Below are positions 17,913 to 29,274 of a stretch of DNA of 64,000 nucleotides, piece by piece (positions within the stretch are counted from its first letter, which is position 1; the number at the start of each line of letters is the position of its first letter). The DNA lies in NCBI GenBank assembly GCA_963792585.1, contig CAWBWI010000003.1, positions 1 through 64,000 of the forward strand, in the 5' to 3' direction. The notes under the pieces are model-generated. The model saw nothing but the letters and a program-made list of their open reading frames with translations, was not told the DNA's origin and did not search any database. The translations under genes were made by a program, and so were the position numbers. This DNA comes from Candidatus Eiseniibacteriota bacterium. GTDB taxonomy: Bacteria; Eisenbacteria; RBG-16-71-46; CAIMUX01; VGJL01.

Positions 17913-20867
17913 ATGAACACGAGCCTCCCGCCACGGCCGACCGACGCCACCCTTTCGGTCACCAAGGCCGCGCGGCTGCTCGGCGTGCACCCGAACACCG
18001 TTCGGGCGTGGAGCGATGCCGGCCGGCTGCGGTACTACCGCATCAATCCACGCGGTGACCGCCGCTATCGACTCGGCGACCTCCAGCGATTCCTGACGGC
18101 GGCCGAGCACCTGCCCCAAGCCGATGGGCACGGGTCATCCACCGGCGCCCGTCGCCCCCTTGATCCGTCGGCGGTCGCCGCGGCGTTGCGCATCGGGGGC
18201 CAGCGCTCGGAGCGCGCGCCGACCGCCACGCGTGCGGGGGCGGGGCCCACGGCCGAGGAGCGCCATCGACGCGACCTCGCCCTCCTGGACCGGATCGCTC
18301 GCTCGGCCCTGACCGGAACGGACCTCGAGGACGACCTCAGCCGGCTGGCCGGCGAGATCCGGGATGGCGGTGACCACGCCCTCGTCGCGATCTGGGAGTT
18401 GCGCGGAGATCGGCTGGTAGCGCGCGCGACGGCCGTGTCGTCGGTCGTCTCGATGCCGCGGCTGCTCGACCTGCCGCGCGGCTATGGCGTCCTGGGACGA
18501 GCCCTCGACGCTGCGCCGCCGCCCCGAGGAGCCGCCCCGAGGAGCATGGATCCGCCCGCGACATCGGTCATCGCCGATCGCGGCGAGCGGGTCACCACCA
18601 CGGTCCTGCCCGGCGAGCGCAGCGAGCTCGCCGCCGCGATCCCCGGCCCGGATGGGCCGTGGGGGGCCTTGCTGATCGTCGAGGACGGTCCGGATTCCCT
18701 TGGCCGCCCTGATCAGGACCTTGCGATGGTCCTTGCCGACGCTGTGGGAAGCATCGTCAGCCTGGCCCGCCACCAGGATGAGGTGGCGCACCTGCTGCAT
18801 CGTGCCGAGGCGTTGCGCCGGGTGGCCAGCGATATCGGAAGCCGGCTGGACCTGGACCGGATCCTGTCAGGCCTCGTCGACCACACGATGGTGCTGTTCG
18901 AGGCGGATCGCGCCGCGGTCTTCCTCCGCCGCCCGGACGGCGAGGACACCGCGGAGGTGAGCCGCGGCCTCTCGGCAGGGTTCCTCAGCGCGATGCGGAC
19001 GATCCGACCGACGACCCTGCCCAACGCGGCGATCGCCGCTCGGCGGCCGCTCTACGCCGTCGGGTACCGGGACGACCCCCGGGGCGCCGACGTTCGGGCC
19101 GCCGTCGTCCAGGAGGGCTTCGACACCCTGTGCACAGCTCCACTGATGGACGGCACCGAGCTGCTGGGGATGCTGAACGTCTATCACGACACCCCGCATC
19201 CCTGGTCTCCCGACGAACTCGAGACCATCGCCGCCCTCGCGACGCAGGCCAGCGTGGCGATCCGGACGGCCCAGAACTTCCAGCGGATGGCGACCTGGAC
19301 CGCGCAGCTCCAGTCGATCCAGCAACTCGGTGCGCGGCTGAACCACCTGACGAGCGTCCGGGACATCGGGATGGCGATCGCGACAGAGCTTCGTCAGCTC
19401 ATCGACTACCACAACGTGCGGGTGTATCGCCTCCTCGGCGAGGAGCTGATCCCGGTCGCGATGCAGGGGCAGGTGGGCGAGTACGTCGACGAGACACCAG
19501 ACCAGCTTCGGGTGGCGCTCGGCCAGGGGATCACGGGCTGGGTGGCCGAGCACCGGATCGCCCAGAACCTGCCCGATGCCGCGGCCGATCCGCGGGCCAA
19601 CACCATCGCCGGGACGGAGGACGACCTCGACGAATCGATGCTCCTCGCGCCGATGTTGTTCGAGGACGAGGTCCTGGGCGTCCTGGTCCTGTCCAAACTG
19701 GGGCTGCATCAGTTCCACGATGACGACCTGCGGCTCCTGGTCATCTACGCGAGCTTCGCCGCGCAGGCGATGGCCAACGCGGATACCACCGAGCGCCTGC
19801 GCGAGCAGTCGGCGGCGCTCGAGCGCCAGCTCCGTAGCCAGCGCGAGCTGATCAGCATCACCGAATCGATCCTCACCACGCTCGACGGCCATGCCGTCCT
19901 CGAGGGGATCACGGACCGGCTCGGGGGACTGATCGCGTGCGACAACATCGCGATCGAGGTCGTGGATCCGGTCAGCGGCCTGCTGACGCCGCTGACCGCG
20001 CGCGGTGTCCACGCCGCGGACTACCTGGAGCCCTGGGAGCCCGACGAGACCGGGATCGCGACGTGGGTCGTGGAGCACAACGAGCCGGTCTATATCGAGG
20101 ACGAGCGGAACGACCCCAGGGTCAATCACTTCCGCGATGAGGACGCGATGGACGGGAGCCTGATCGTGGTCCCGCTCCGTGGGAGGTCCGGCGCGATCGG
20201 GGTCCTGACGATCGAGCGTCTCGGCGTGGGCAACACGTTCGCGCCCGAGGAGTTCGACCTCATCAAGTTGTTCGCGGCCCAGGTGTCGATCGCCCTGCAG
20301 AACGCGGAGATGTTCCGGGCGGTCGAGATCCGCGCCCAGTCGGACGACCTGACCGGCCTCCTCAACCACGGGACGTTCCAGGAGTACCTGGAGCGGCTCG
20401 TGCGCGACGGTGCGCCATTCGGACTGATCATGCTGGACCTCGACGACTTCCGCGAGGTCAACAACCGGATGGGGCACCAGGCAGGCGACGACCAGCTTCG
20501 GCGCATCGCTACCGCCCTCGTCCGGGCCGGCCGTGAATCCGATCTCGTGTTCCGCTACGGCGGTGACGAGTTCGCCTTCCTGCTCCCCCACACCGACCCC
20601 ACGGGGGCGTCCCAGGTCGCTGAGCGTGCCCGCGTCGCCGTGTCGCAGCTGGGTGGCCCGGTGAGCGCGTCCGTCGGCATCTCCACGTACCCGGCTGATG
20701 GGGCGACCTCGGCCGACGTGCTGCTCGCGGCGGACCGAGCCTGCTTCGTGGCCAAGCGGGGCGGTCGGGACCGGGTCGCCACGGCTGCCGAGGGGTTGGC
20801 GCTCGCCGCCGAATTCCTGCCCCAGGCTCCGACCCCCGTCGATTCCGAGGCGGGGATCGTCGGCTGA
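17913..20867 (+). CDS. Diguanylate cyclase with N-terminal MerR/BldC-like (HTH_17) DNA-binding domain and about 4 GAF domains
   Basis: LSVTKAARLLGVHPNTVRAWSDAGRL...GDRRY; repeated GAF motifs; DDLTGLLN, DLDDFREVN, RESD-x5-GGDEF. Confidence 0.92.
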   Translation: MNTSLPPRPTDATLSVTKAARLLGVHPNTVRAWSDAGRLRYYRINPRGDRRYRLGDLQRFLTAAEHLPQADGHGSSTGARRPLDPSAVAAALRIGGQRSERAPTATRAGAGPTAEERHRRDLALLDRIARSALTGTDLEDDLSRLAGEIRDGGDHALVAIWELRGDRLVARATAVSSVVSMPRLLDLPRGYGVLGRALDAAPPPRGAAPRSMDPPATSVIADRGERVTTTVLPGERSELAAAIPGPDGPWGALLIVEDGPDSLGRPDQDLAMVLADAVGSIVSLARHQDEVAHLLHRAEALRRVASDIGSRLDLDRILSGLVDHTMVLFEADRAAVFLRRPDGEDTAEVSRGLSAGFLSAMRTIRPTTLPNAAIAARRPLYAVGYRDDPRGADVRAAVVQEGFDTLCTAPLMDGTELLGMLNVYHDTPHPWSPDELETIAALATQASVAIRTAQNFQRMATWTAQLQSIQQLGARLNHLTSVRDIGMAIATELRQLIDYHNVRVYRLLGEELIPVAMQGQVGEYVDETPDQLRVALGQGITGWVAEHRIAQNLPDAAADPRANTIAGTEDDLDESMLLAPMLFEDEVLGVLVLSKLGLHQFHDDDLRLLVIYASFAAQAMANADTTERLREQSAALERQLRSQRELISITESILTTLDGHAVLEGITDRLGGLIACDNIAIEVVDPVSGLLTPLTARGVHAADYLEPWEPDETGIATWVVEHNEPVYIEDERNDPRVNHFRDEDAMDGSLIVVPLRGRSGAIGVLTIERLGVGNTFAPEEFDLIKLFAAQVSIALQNAEMFRAVEIRAQSDDLTGLLNHGTFQEYLERLVRDGAPFGLIMLDLDDFREVNNRMGHQAGDDQLRRIATALVRAGRESDLVFRYGGDEFAFLLPHTDPTGASQVAERARVAVSQLGGPVSASVGISTYPADGATSADVLLAADRACFVAKRGGRDRVATAAEGLALAAEFLPQAPTPVDSEAGIVG

Positions 20868-20905
20868 CAGGCCCCCGTCACCGCGGACGGGACGCGTCCG
20901 TCACG

Positions 20906-22046
20906 ATGAGCGAGATGACATCCCTGCCGCGCCGTGGCTTCGCCGTCCTCGCCACCCTGCTGCTGGTGGTCGGGTGCGTTCCGCCGCCGGCCGGACGGCC
21001 GAGCGCCACCACGACGGAGACCACGGTCGGGCCGACGATGTCCGCCGTCCCGAGCCCCAGTGGGCCCACCCCGCTCCCTTCGTTCGTCCGCCCCACCCCG
21101 ACGCCCCTGCCGACGTTCCTCGCCTACGTCGTCCAGCAGGGCGACACGCTGTCGTCGATCGCCCGCCGGTTCGCGACGACCCCGTTCAGCATCGCGTACT
21201 GGAACCGCACCGCGCACCCGTCCCTGGATCCGGATTCCGACAGCTACCAGCCCGACCGCATCGGCATCGGGTGGACGCTCCTGCTCATCCCGAACGCGGC
21301 GATCGATGGGTCCGACCTGCCCGAGGACAGCCCCACGCCGACGGTCCTCCCGAGCGCCGGCGCGACGTCGTCGATCCCATCCGGAACCGACCCGAGCCCG
21401 TCGACCGGAGGTGTCAGCGTGGTCGTCCGCCATGGGCCCCGGTCAGTCGCAACGGTCGCGCTCACCTTCGACATGGGTGGTCGCCTGGAGCCGGCCCTCG
21501 ACATCGTGGGCTGGCTCGTGGACAACGGCGTCCCGGCCACGGTCTTTCCGACCGGTGACACGGGGACCACGACGACGGTCGGGCGCTTGGCCCTGGAGCA
21601 GGTCGCCGGGCACCCAGGCCTGTTCGACTTCGGTAACCATTCGTGGTCGCACCCGGACTTTCGCGACCTCGACGATCCGGCCATCCGGGACCAGCTCGAA
21701 CGGACAGAGTCGGCCATCCTCGCGACCGTGAACCGCTCCACGAAGCCATGGTTCCGACCACCCTTTGGCGGATTGGATGACCAGATCCCCGCGGTCGTCG
21801 GGTCGGCCGGATGGAGCTACACGGTGCTGTGGGACGTCGACACGATCGACTGGCGGCCCGAGGTCGACGGCGGACCGACCGCCGCGGACATCGTGGACGA
21901 AGGTGGTCGGGAATGCCCAGGGCGGGTCCATCGTGCTCATGCACCTCGGCGGGTTCAATACGTTCGAGGCGCTGCCCGACATCGTCGCGGGCCTGCGGGC
22001 GAAGGGCCTGGAGCCGGTGACGCTCGGAGAGATGTTCGGGTCGTAG
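20906..22046 (+). CDS. Lipoprotein with LysM and polysaccharide deacetylase domains (frameshift near 21900)
   Basis: LVVGC lipobox, YVVQQGDTLSSIARRF, ALTFDMG, NHSWSHP, FRPPFG, WDVDTIDW; GSIVLMH in the next frame. Confidence 0.85.
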
Positions 22047-22063
22047 GCGGCTATCCTGCGCGG

Positions 22064-22816
22064 GTGAGCGCAGATCCATCGGCACCGCGCATCGTCGTGA
22101 CCGTGGCGGTCGCGTCACGCCAGGCCGAGCCGGCGATCGCCGCCCGCAAGAACCGCCTCTATGCCGATGCGGTGGAACGCCACGGCGCGGAGCCGGTCGT
22201 GCTGGATGCCACCTCGACACCGGAGGAACGTCGCGAAGCGTTCGCGACGATGGCGGGCCTGCTGATCAGCGGCGGTGCCGACATCGATCCCGCGCGCTAC
22301 GGCCAACCGGTGGATGGCGCCCTCGGCACCGAACCCGATCGCGATGCGCTCGAAGCGGAGGCATGGGTCGTCGCCCGGGACCTTGGTCGGCCGGTCCTGG
22401 GCCTGTGCCGTGGCCTGCAGGCGATCAATGTCTTCTCCGGCGGATCCCTCCTGCAGCACGTGGACGGGCATGCCGGCGCGGCGTACGGGCACGGCCCGGC
22501 CGCCACGCACCCGATCCGCCTGGAGCCGGCGTCCCGGCTGGCGGCGGCCATCGGTGGGGCTGGCGAGCTGACGGTGAACTCGTACCACCACCAGGGCATC
22601 CGGCCCACCGACCTCGCGCCGGGTCTCGTGCCGAGCGCCTGGGCGGATAGTCCGGGCGGCCCCCTGGTCGAGGGTCTCGAGAGCGCCGACGGACGGTTCG
22701 TCGTCGGCATCCAGTGCCATCCGGAGCGGACGGAGTCGACGCCCGACGGATTCGAGCGGTTGTTCGCCGCCTTCGTGGACGCGTGTCGGAGCCCTAGAGT
22801 CGACCCGCCTGGATGA
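22064..22816 (+). CDS. Peptidase C26 / gamma-glutamyl-GABA hydrolase-like glutamine amidotransferase
   Basis: GLLISGGADIDPARYG, LGLCRGLQAINV, NSYHHQGI, GIQCHPE. Confidence 0.9.
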   Translation: MSADPSAPRIVVTVAVASRQAEPAIAARKNRLYADAVERHGAEPVVLDATSTPEERREAFATMAGLLISGGADIDPARYGQPVDGALGTEPDRDALEAEAWVVARDLGRPVLGLCRGLQAINVFSGGSLLQHVDGHAGAAYGHGPAATHPIRLEPASRLAAAIGGAGELTVNSYHHQGIRPTDLAPGLVPSAWADSPGGPLVEGLESADGRFVVGIQCHPERTESTPDGFERLFAAFVDACRSPRVDPPG

Positions 22817-23555
22817 TCCGCTGGAGGAACTGCCGCGTCCGCGGCTCAGTCGGGTCCGAGAACAGGCGATCGGGCGGGCCCTCCTCGCAGACCACGCCCC
22901 CGTCGAGGAAGCAGACTCGGTCCGCGATCTCCCGGGCGAAGCCCATCTCGTGGGTGGCGATGACCATGGTCATGCCGCCCGACGCCAGTTCGCGGACCAC
23001 GTCAAGGACCTCGGCCACGAGCTCCGGGTCGAGCGCACTCGTGACTTCGTCGAGGAGCAGCAGGTCCGGTGCCATCGCGAGCGCCCGCACGATCGCGACG
23101 CGCTGCTGCTGACCACCGGACAACCGATCGGGGAACTCGTCGCGCTTGTCCGCGAGGCCGAACCGGTCCAGGAGGCGCGCGGCGTCGGCCTCAGCGGCCG
23201 CTCCAGGCGTCCTGAGGACCTTCCGTGGCGCGAGCGTGATGTTGTCGAGCACGGACATGTGCGGGAACAGGTTGAACGACTGGAACACGATGCCGATCCG
23301 CCGCCGGATCTGGTCCACCTTCACGCCTCGGGCTGTGATCTCCGAACCTTCGATGAAGATCCGGCCGGCATCGATCGGCTCGATCAGGTTGATGCACCGC
23401 AGGAGCGTGGACTTGCCGCTCCCGGAGGCGCCGATCAGCGCGACGACCTCGTGCTCGGCCACCTCGAGATCGATACCGCGGAGCACCTCGAGGTCGCCGA
23501 ACGACTTGTAGAGCCCCTGGACCGCGAGGGCCGGCTTGGCCTCCCCGTCGGTCAT
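22794..23555 (-). CDS. Polar amino-acid ABC transporter ATP-binding protein
   Basis: GASGSGKST, LSGGQQQRVAI, LLLDEVTSALDPE, THEMGFA. Confidence 0.95.
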   Translation of the reverse strand: MTDGEAKPALAVQGLYKSFGDLEVLRGIDLEVAEHEVVALIGASGSGKSTLLRCINLIEPIDAGRIFIEGSEITARGVKVDQIRRRIGIVFQSFNLFPHMSVLDNITLAPRKVLRTPGAAAEADAARLLDRFGLADKRDEFPDRLSGGQQQRVAIVRALAMAPDLLLLDEVTSALDPELVAEVLDVVRELASGGMTMVIATHEMGFAREIADRVCFLDGGVVCEEGPPDRLFSDPTEPRTRQFLQRIIQAGRL

Positions 23556-24454
23556 CGGGAACCCGCCGCGCCGCGCGCACGGTCGCGTGCGACCAGCCAG
23601 TCCGTGAACCGGGCGAGCGGGATCGTCAGGACGATGAACACAAGGGCCATCGCCACGTACGCCGAGAAGTTGAAGGTCGCCGCCGCCTTGATCTGCGACG
23701 CGCGGAAGATCTCCACCACGCCGATGTACGACACGAGCACGGTGTCCTTCTGCAAGCCGATGAAGTCGTTGAGCAGCGGCGGGATCACGCGCCGGACCGC
23801 CTGCGGGATGATCACATGGCGCATGGTCTGGGAGCGCGAGAGGCCAAGCGACCGTGCGGCGGCCTCCTGGCTGGGGTGGATCGAGTCGATGCCGGCGCGG
23901 TAGACCTCGGAGACGTAGGCCGAGTAGATGAGCGTCAGCGCGACGACCGCCCATGGGAAACCCGTCGGCGTGCCCTCGATACCGAGCGCGGGGATCCCGA
24001 ACCCGAGGAGGTAGATGACCAGGATCCCCGGGATCGCCCGGAACACGTCCACGTAGACCGTCCCGAGGAAGCGGACCGGGAAGAACACCGGGCCGCGCAG
24101 GCTCCGGACGACCGCGAGCCCGAGGCCGAAGCCGAGGATCAGCACCTCGGCGATCAGGAAGAGCTGGATGTTGACGATGAAGTACTTGAGGATCGAGCGG
24201 TCCCAGATGAACTGGCCGTCGTAGAAGCCGAATGCCTCGGCGAGGTAGCGCGGCGAGAAGAAGGTCTCGCGGACCTGCTCCCAGCCGGGTGTGTTGACGA
24301 TGACCCAGCCCAGGATGCCGAAGAAGACGACGGTGCTGACGATCGCGATCGTCAGCGACCGGAGCGCCCCCTCATCGCGGGCGCGCCGCAGCCCGCTCCG
24401 CCGCGGCATCCTGGTCAGGGCACCGGAGTCGGGCGGGCTGCCGGTCAGGCCCAC
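23552..24454 (-). CDS. Polar amino-acid ABC transporter permease
   Basis: YVDVFRAIP, YSAYVSEVYRAGI, QEAAARSLGLS, PQAVRRVIPPL. Confidence 0.92.
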   Translation of the reverse strand: MGLTGSPPDSGALTRMPRRSGLRRARDEGALRSLTIAIVSTVVFFGILGWVIVNTPGWEQVRETFFSPRYLAEAFGFYDGQFIWDRSILKYFIVNIQLFLIAEVLILGFGLGLAVVRSLRGPVFFPVRFLGTVYVDVFRAIPGILVIYLLGFGIPALGIEGTPTGFPWAVVALTLIYSAYVSEVYRAGIDSIHPSQEAAARSLGLSRSQTMRHVIIPQAVRRVIPPLLNDFIGLQKDTVLVSYIGVVEIFRASQIKAAATFNFSAYVAMALVFIVLTIPLARFTDWLVARDRARGAAGSR

Positions 24455-24475
24455 GAGCCGATGTCGTGGCGCTGC

Positions 24476-25448
24476 CTAGGGCTGGAACGCCGGGACGCCC
24501 TCCTGGAAGGGCAGCCACTTCGTGACGAGGCCGGCGAAGGTGCCGTCCTCGTTGAGCGCCGTGATCGCGGCATTGACGCAGGGCGTCAGCGCGCTGTCCT
24601 TCTCGAGGACCACGGAGAAGTACTCGTCGGTGCCGGTATCGAACTTGCCGAGGGCGACCGCGTTCTCGACCTGGACGTTCGTGACGAAGTCCGCGGTCGG
24701 CAGGTCGACGACGATGCCGTCGATCTGGCCCGACTTGAGCGCCTCGATCGCGAGGTCGTTCGTGTCGAAGACCTGCGGCTCCTTGGTCGGCTTGATCGTG
24801 TTGACGATCGTGTCGTAGCTGGTGGTCCCGACCTGGGCACCGAAGGTGTAGTCGGCGAGGGCGGCGACGGTCGTGGCGCTCGCGAGGGGATTGTCCTTGA
24901 GCGTCACGACGGACTGGAGGACGGTGTAGTACCCCTCGGACAGGTCGGCGGCCTGCGCGCGCTCAGGCTTGTACGAGACCTGGCCGATGTAGAAGTCGAA
25001 GTCCTTGGCACCCGGCGCGTACGAGTTCGCGAACGGAACGACGATCCAGTTGACGCTTGTCCGCGGCGATGCCGAGCTTGTCCGCGATCGCGTACGCGAC
25101 CGCGCTCTCGAAGCCCTCGCCGGTGGTCGGGTCGCCGGTGAATTCGGAGTCCTCCCACGGCGGAGTGTTGCCACTCTCGCGGCGAGCGAAGTACGGCGGG
25201 TAGGCCGGGTTGTCGGCCCCGACGGTCAGGGCGCCGGCAGCCTTGAGCGCGAGCGCCTCGGGCGCGCACGCGTCCGTGGTCGGGCTCGGGGCGACGCTGG
25301 CCGCCTCGCTCGGGGCGGCACTCGGGGCGACACTCGGTGCCTCGCTGGCGGTATCACTCGGCGCCGATCCGGCGCTGGAGCACGCGGCGACCACGAGTGA
25401 CACGAGAAGGGCGGTGGTCGCGACGGTCGCGGTTCTGCGCATCTGCAT
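24476..25448 (-). CDS. Amino-acid ABC transporter substrate-binding lipoprotein (frameshift near 25055)
   Basis: VAAC lipobox, LTVGADNPAYPP, GFESAVAYAIA; second frame GAQVGTT, DGIVVDLP. Confidence 0.88.
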
Positions 25449-25655
25449 ACTCCGATTGGCTGATGGGACGCGCGAGAGTGTACCCGCAGATACCCTGGCT
25501 GTCAGGTGGGGGTTGGCAAGTGGCGGGCGGCCTGCGAACGCGGCGCCGGCACATCGAAGCGGCGCCGGGAGGAGGGTTCGGCGCCGCTTCGACGGGGTTC
25601 GACCGGTCGGGCGGGGAGGAGGGATTCCACCGTCCCGGTCGGGGATATTCGAGGG

Positions 25656-25920
25656 TCAGTGCGGGCGGGGCGCTCCCCCGTCGGCGGCGCCGAACCGACC
25701 GGCCCGCGCCATCTCGCGCAGGAACAGGAGGTGGTTCACCTGGCGCAGGGACCAGTGGACCTGGGCGAGCGGGATGCCGCTCAGGAACGCCGTGAGGTCG
25801 GCCGCTTCCTCAGGGGCGAGGCCCCGCATCAGGAGCATCCGGTAGGTGGCGCGGGTGACAGCAGGTCCGAGGCCTGGCGAGCTGGGTCCGGGGCCGGCGG
25901 GTCGGCGGCCTGGTGACCAT
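25656..25920 (-). CDS. Small hypothetical protein (start uncertain, probable frameshift)
   Basis: Protein-like segment ATYRMLLMRGLAPEEAADLTAFLSGIPLAQVHWSLRQVNHLLFLREM with coding-type codon usage. Confidence 0.55.
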
Positions 25921-26187
25921 GGGTCCAGACGCGACCGCGGAGGCCACCGCGCGAGAGCGGGAGGATGAGGCGTCGCGAGGCGATCGCCCGCGTCCCCGTG
26001 ATCCTCGATGCGCCGGGCCGGCCATATCCCACGTACCCCTCGGTGGACCCTGTCCGCGACCCGGCCACTCCGGTGCGGTACGGGCATGTTGGCCACGGAG
26101 CCCGACGGTCGCGATGACCCGGCGGTCCCATGCTGCGCCGGTACTTGTGGCGGTGCGGCTGCGGCCATCCCTCGCTAGACTCATGAC

Positions 26188-27382
26188 GTGCGTGTACGCC
26201 AGTTCGAGCTCCGCCTGATCGGGACCGCCCTCGTCATCGCCTGGGCGGTGGCGGCGGTACTGGTCCTCGTGGCGTACCGACCCGGCGGGCCGCTGGACCT
26301 GCTGGTCGGCGTCACGATGCTCCTGCCCGATCCTGATCGCGGGTACCGGCGTCATCTGGCCGCCCGTCGCGCGAGGGGCCGGCGCGTTCCCGCTCATGGT
26401 TTCGCTTGGCCTCGGGTCGCTGCTGTTCCTGCTGCCGTCCATCGGCGGCGTCTTCAACCAGCTCCAGGCCCTCGGCTCGCAGACCCTGCTGCCTTCGCCG
26501 GAAGCGGCCTACCCCTGGCTGCTGGCGCTGCTCGGGACGAGCCTCTTCAGCGGATTCGGGCTCGCCCGGCACGTGCTCGGGCGGCATCCGCTCTGCGACC
26601 CCGTCGGCTGGCCGTCGGGATCGCCTTCGGGGTGGGCCTTACGCTCCTCGCGGGCGTCATGTTCACGGGCGTGGCCATCGCCAACGAGGTCGCCCTCCGC
26701 GATCAGCCCGGCGCGACGGCGGGCTCGCGCTTCGGACCGACGGACGTGGAGGGATCTCCGCCGTCGTGCGACGGCGCGCTGTCGATCGGACCGACGGCTC
26801 GGATGGAGGCCCACATCACGAGCACGTCCGACCTCCGTCGGCGCGGAACCGTGGACCAGAGTGGCGTTCGGACGGCCGATGGGTTCCGCTGGACTGCCTA
26901 CGTGGCGACCGACCGGGAGCTCGGCTGGTATGGCGTGGCGACGACGGACGGGCGCGCCTGGGTCCGGCTCCCCGGCGGCGACTGGGAGTCGACCACCCCG
27001 ACCGAGATCACCGATGGGCCGATGGACCTCATCGCGATCGATGCGGCCCTGACCGAAGGTATCCGCGCGACCGCCGAGGATCGCGGCACGGAGGTCGTCG
27101 AGGGCGCGCCGGCGCGACGCTGTCGCGTGTCCATCGACGGAACGACATTCAGGGCCGCCTTCCCGCAGGTGCGCTGGCTCGTCGGTCGACGCGGATCTCG
27201 CGGACTGGAGAGGCCAGCTGGACTTCTGGGTGTTCCTCGATGGCGAGATCGGACAGATCGCCGGCACCCTGAGCGGCGAGGGTGCGGCGGTCAGTCCGGA
27301 GGCCCTGCAGGGCACCATCGAGGTCCTGATGACGGCCACGTCGCGTGGTCGCGACCATGTCGTCTATCCTCCGGTTCGATGA
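26188..27382 (+). CDS. Hypothetical multi-TM protein with C-terminal extracytoplasmic domain (several frameshifts)
   Basis: TM segments distributed over ORFs 26188 and 26396; TAGACT -10 box 6 nt before GTG; stop overlaps the WYL gene start. Confidence 0.65.
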
Positions 27383-28379
27383 CTCGACGAGGCGGAGCGA
27401 CCGTTCGGCAAGCGCGACCGCCTGGCGCGGATGCTCCGGGTCGTGACCGTCCTGCGCGGTCACCCCGAGGGGATCCGCCCCGCCGAGATCGCCCGACGGG
27501 TCGGCGTGGCCACGCGGACCGTCTACCGCGACCTGACGCGCCCTCGAGACCGAGGTCGGTGTCGCCGTCTGGTCCGAGAACGGGCTGTGGGGCGTCGTCA
27601 ACGAGGAGTTCCTGCCGCCCCTCAAGCTCACCCTGGACGAGGCGATGGCCGTCGTCCTGTCCGCGCGACTCATGGTGCGCTACGCGGACAAGTACGACCC
27701 GGATCTCGCCGCCGCGTTCGAGAAGCTCGAGGAGGTCCTGCCGGCGCCCGCTCGCGGAGCATGTCGAGCGAACGCTGGACGTCCTCGCCCAGCATCCACG
27801 CGACGCCGCCTTCAGCGAGCACGTCCACCGCCTGACCCGGGCCTGGGCCGAACGGCGGGTCGTGACCCTCGAGTACGAGCCGGCGCGCTACGCACCGGAG
27901 GCGGCGGCGCGCCAGGCCGTGGTCCGACCCGTATCTCATCGAGCCGTCGCTCCAGACCCACGCGCTCTACCTGATCGGGTGGGACGAGACGCGGAGCGCG
28001 CTGCGGACCTTCAAGATCGAGCGGATCCGTGACGTCGCGCTGACCCCGCGCACCTTCGAGCCACCCGAGGCGGGGTCCCTGGAGAAGGCCCTCCGCGGGG
28101 CATGGGACATCATCGCGGACCAGGCGTCCACCCAGGTCGTCCTGCGGTTCACGCCGTCCGTGGCGGCGCGCGTGCTCGAGACGACGTGGCACCCGACCCA
28201 ACGGGTCGAGACGGCCGAGGACGGCTCCCTGGTCTGGCGCGCGACGGTGGCGGGGACCATCGAGATCCGCCTCTGGATCCTGTCGTGGGGCGACGAGGTC
28301 GAGGTCCTGGAGCCCGCTTTCGCTGCGAACTGATGTTGCGTCCACGCACCGTCGGGCGGCCGCCCTGCATGGCGGTTAG
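27379..28379 (+). CDS. WYL-domain transcriptional regulator (HTH_11-WYL-WCX, PafB/C-like), frameshifted
   Basis: KRDRLARML...IARRVGVATRTVYRDL; LPPLKLTLDEA; LYLIGWDETRSALRTFKIERI; WHPTQ; WILSWGDEVEVLEP across frames. Confidence 0.88.
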
Positions 28380-28459
28380 GAGCGGTCTTGTGGCATCTGG
28401 GGTAGGTTAGGAAACTTCCAGGCCGACGTGCCCCCCACACGCCGAGGAGCCCCCATCGC

Positions 28460-29270
28460 ATGTCCTTCCCCCGCTCTGGCCGCCGCGCGCCCGGCGTCCT
28501 GATCGCGGTCCTGGTGGCCGTGTTCGCCGCCATCCAGCCTGCCCGCTCCAGTCAGCGCCTCGACCGCGAGCGACGCCGAATCCCTGGCCGTGGATCTCGT
28601 GAATGCGCGAGCGCACCGCGCGCGGACTCGTGCCCCTCCGGCGCTATGGCGACCTCGCCGACGTCGCCGGCCGGCGGGCCACCAAGATGCGCGACACCAA
28701 CATCCTGAGCCACTCGATCGCCGGAGACCTGGGCAGGCAGCTCACCGACGAGGGCGTCACCTGGTACCGCTACGGCGAGACCATCGCGTACACGTACAAG
28801 GCGTGGGCGAACGAGGCGGCCCGCGATCTCGTGAAGGTGTGGATGGCAAGTGCACCCCACCGGGACCTGCTGATGAGCTCCCGGTTCAACTACATCGGCG
28901 TCGGCCTCGCCTACCGCTCCAGCAACGGGCGGACCTTCGGTTCCATCGTGGTGAGCGACGTGCCCGACCGGAGCGGAGCGAGCGCCTGGTTCACCGGAGC
29001 GAGGGTGATCCGGCGGGAACGACGTCGTCTACTCCTGGTCGGGTTCCGACCTCCGGCTCCAGACTCCGGACGGCCGGCCTGCGCGACTTCGACGTGCAGT
29101 ACCGGGTCGGCGATGGCAGCTGGTCGACGGTCCGGAACGACACGCTGACCGGCTCGATCACCCTTTGGAACCGGTCGCGCGGCGTCACCTACGGCCTGCG
29201 GGTCCGCGGAACGGACAACCGAGGCAACATCGGCACCTGGTCCAGGGAGGTCCGGGTCACGGTACCGTAG
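28460..29270 (+). CDS. Secreted CAP (SCP)-domain protein with C-terminal FN3-like region, frameshifted
   Basis: Signal-peptide-like N-terminus; DLVNA.R, LSHS, YGETIAY, WMASAPHRDLLMS, IGVG; YGLRVRGTDNRGNIGTWS. Confidence 0.8.
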
Positions 29271-29274
29271 ACGC

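Noticed and set aside
20906..22816. Apparent 636-aa LysM-deacetylase-glutamine amidotransferase fusion
   Set aside because: Created by an indel near 21900. The deacetylase C-terminus ends at 22046 in another frame, and the C26 gene has its own -10 box and GTG.
26188..28032. 614-aa ORF spanning the membrane protein and WYL gene
   Set aside because: Chimeric read-through of frameshifted genes
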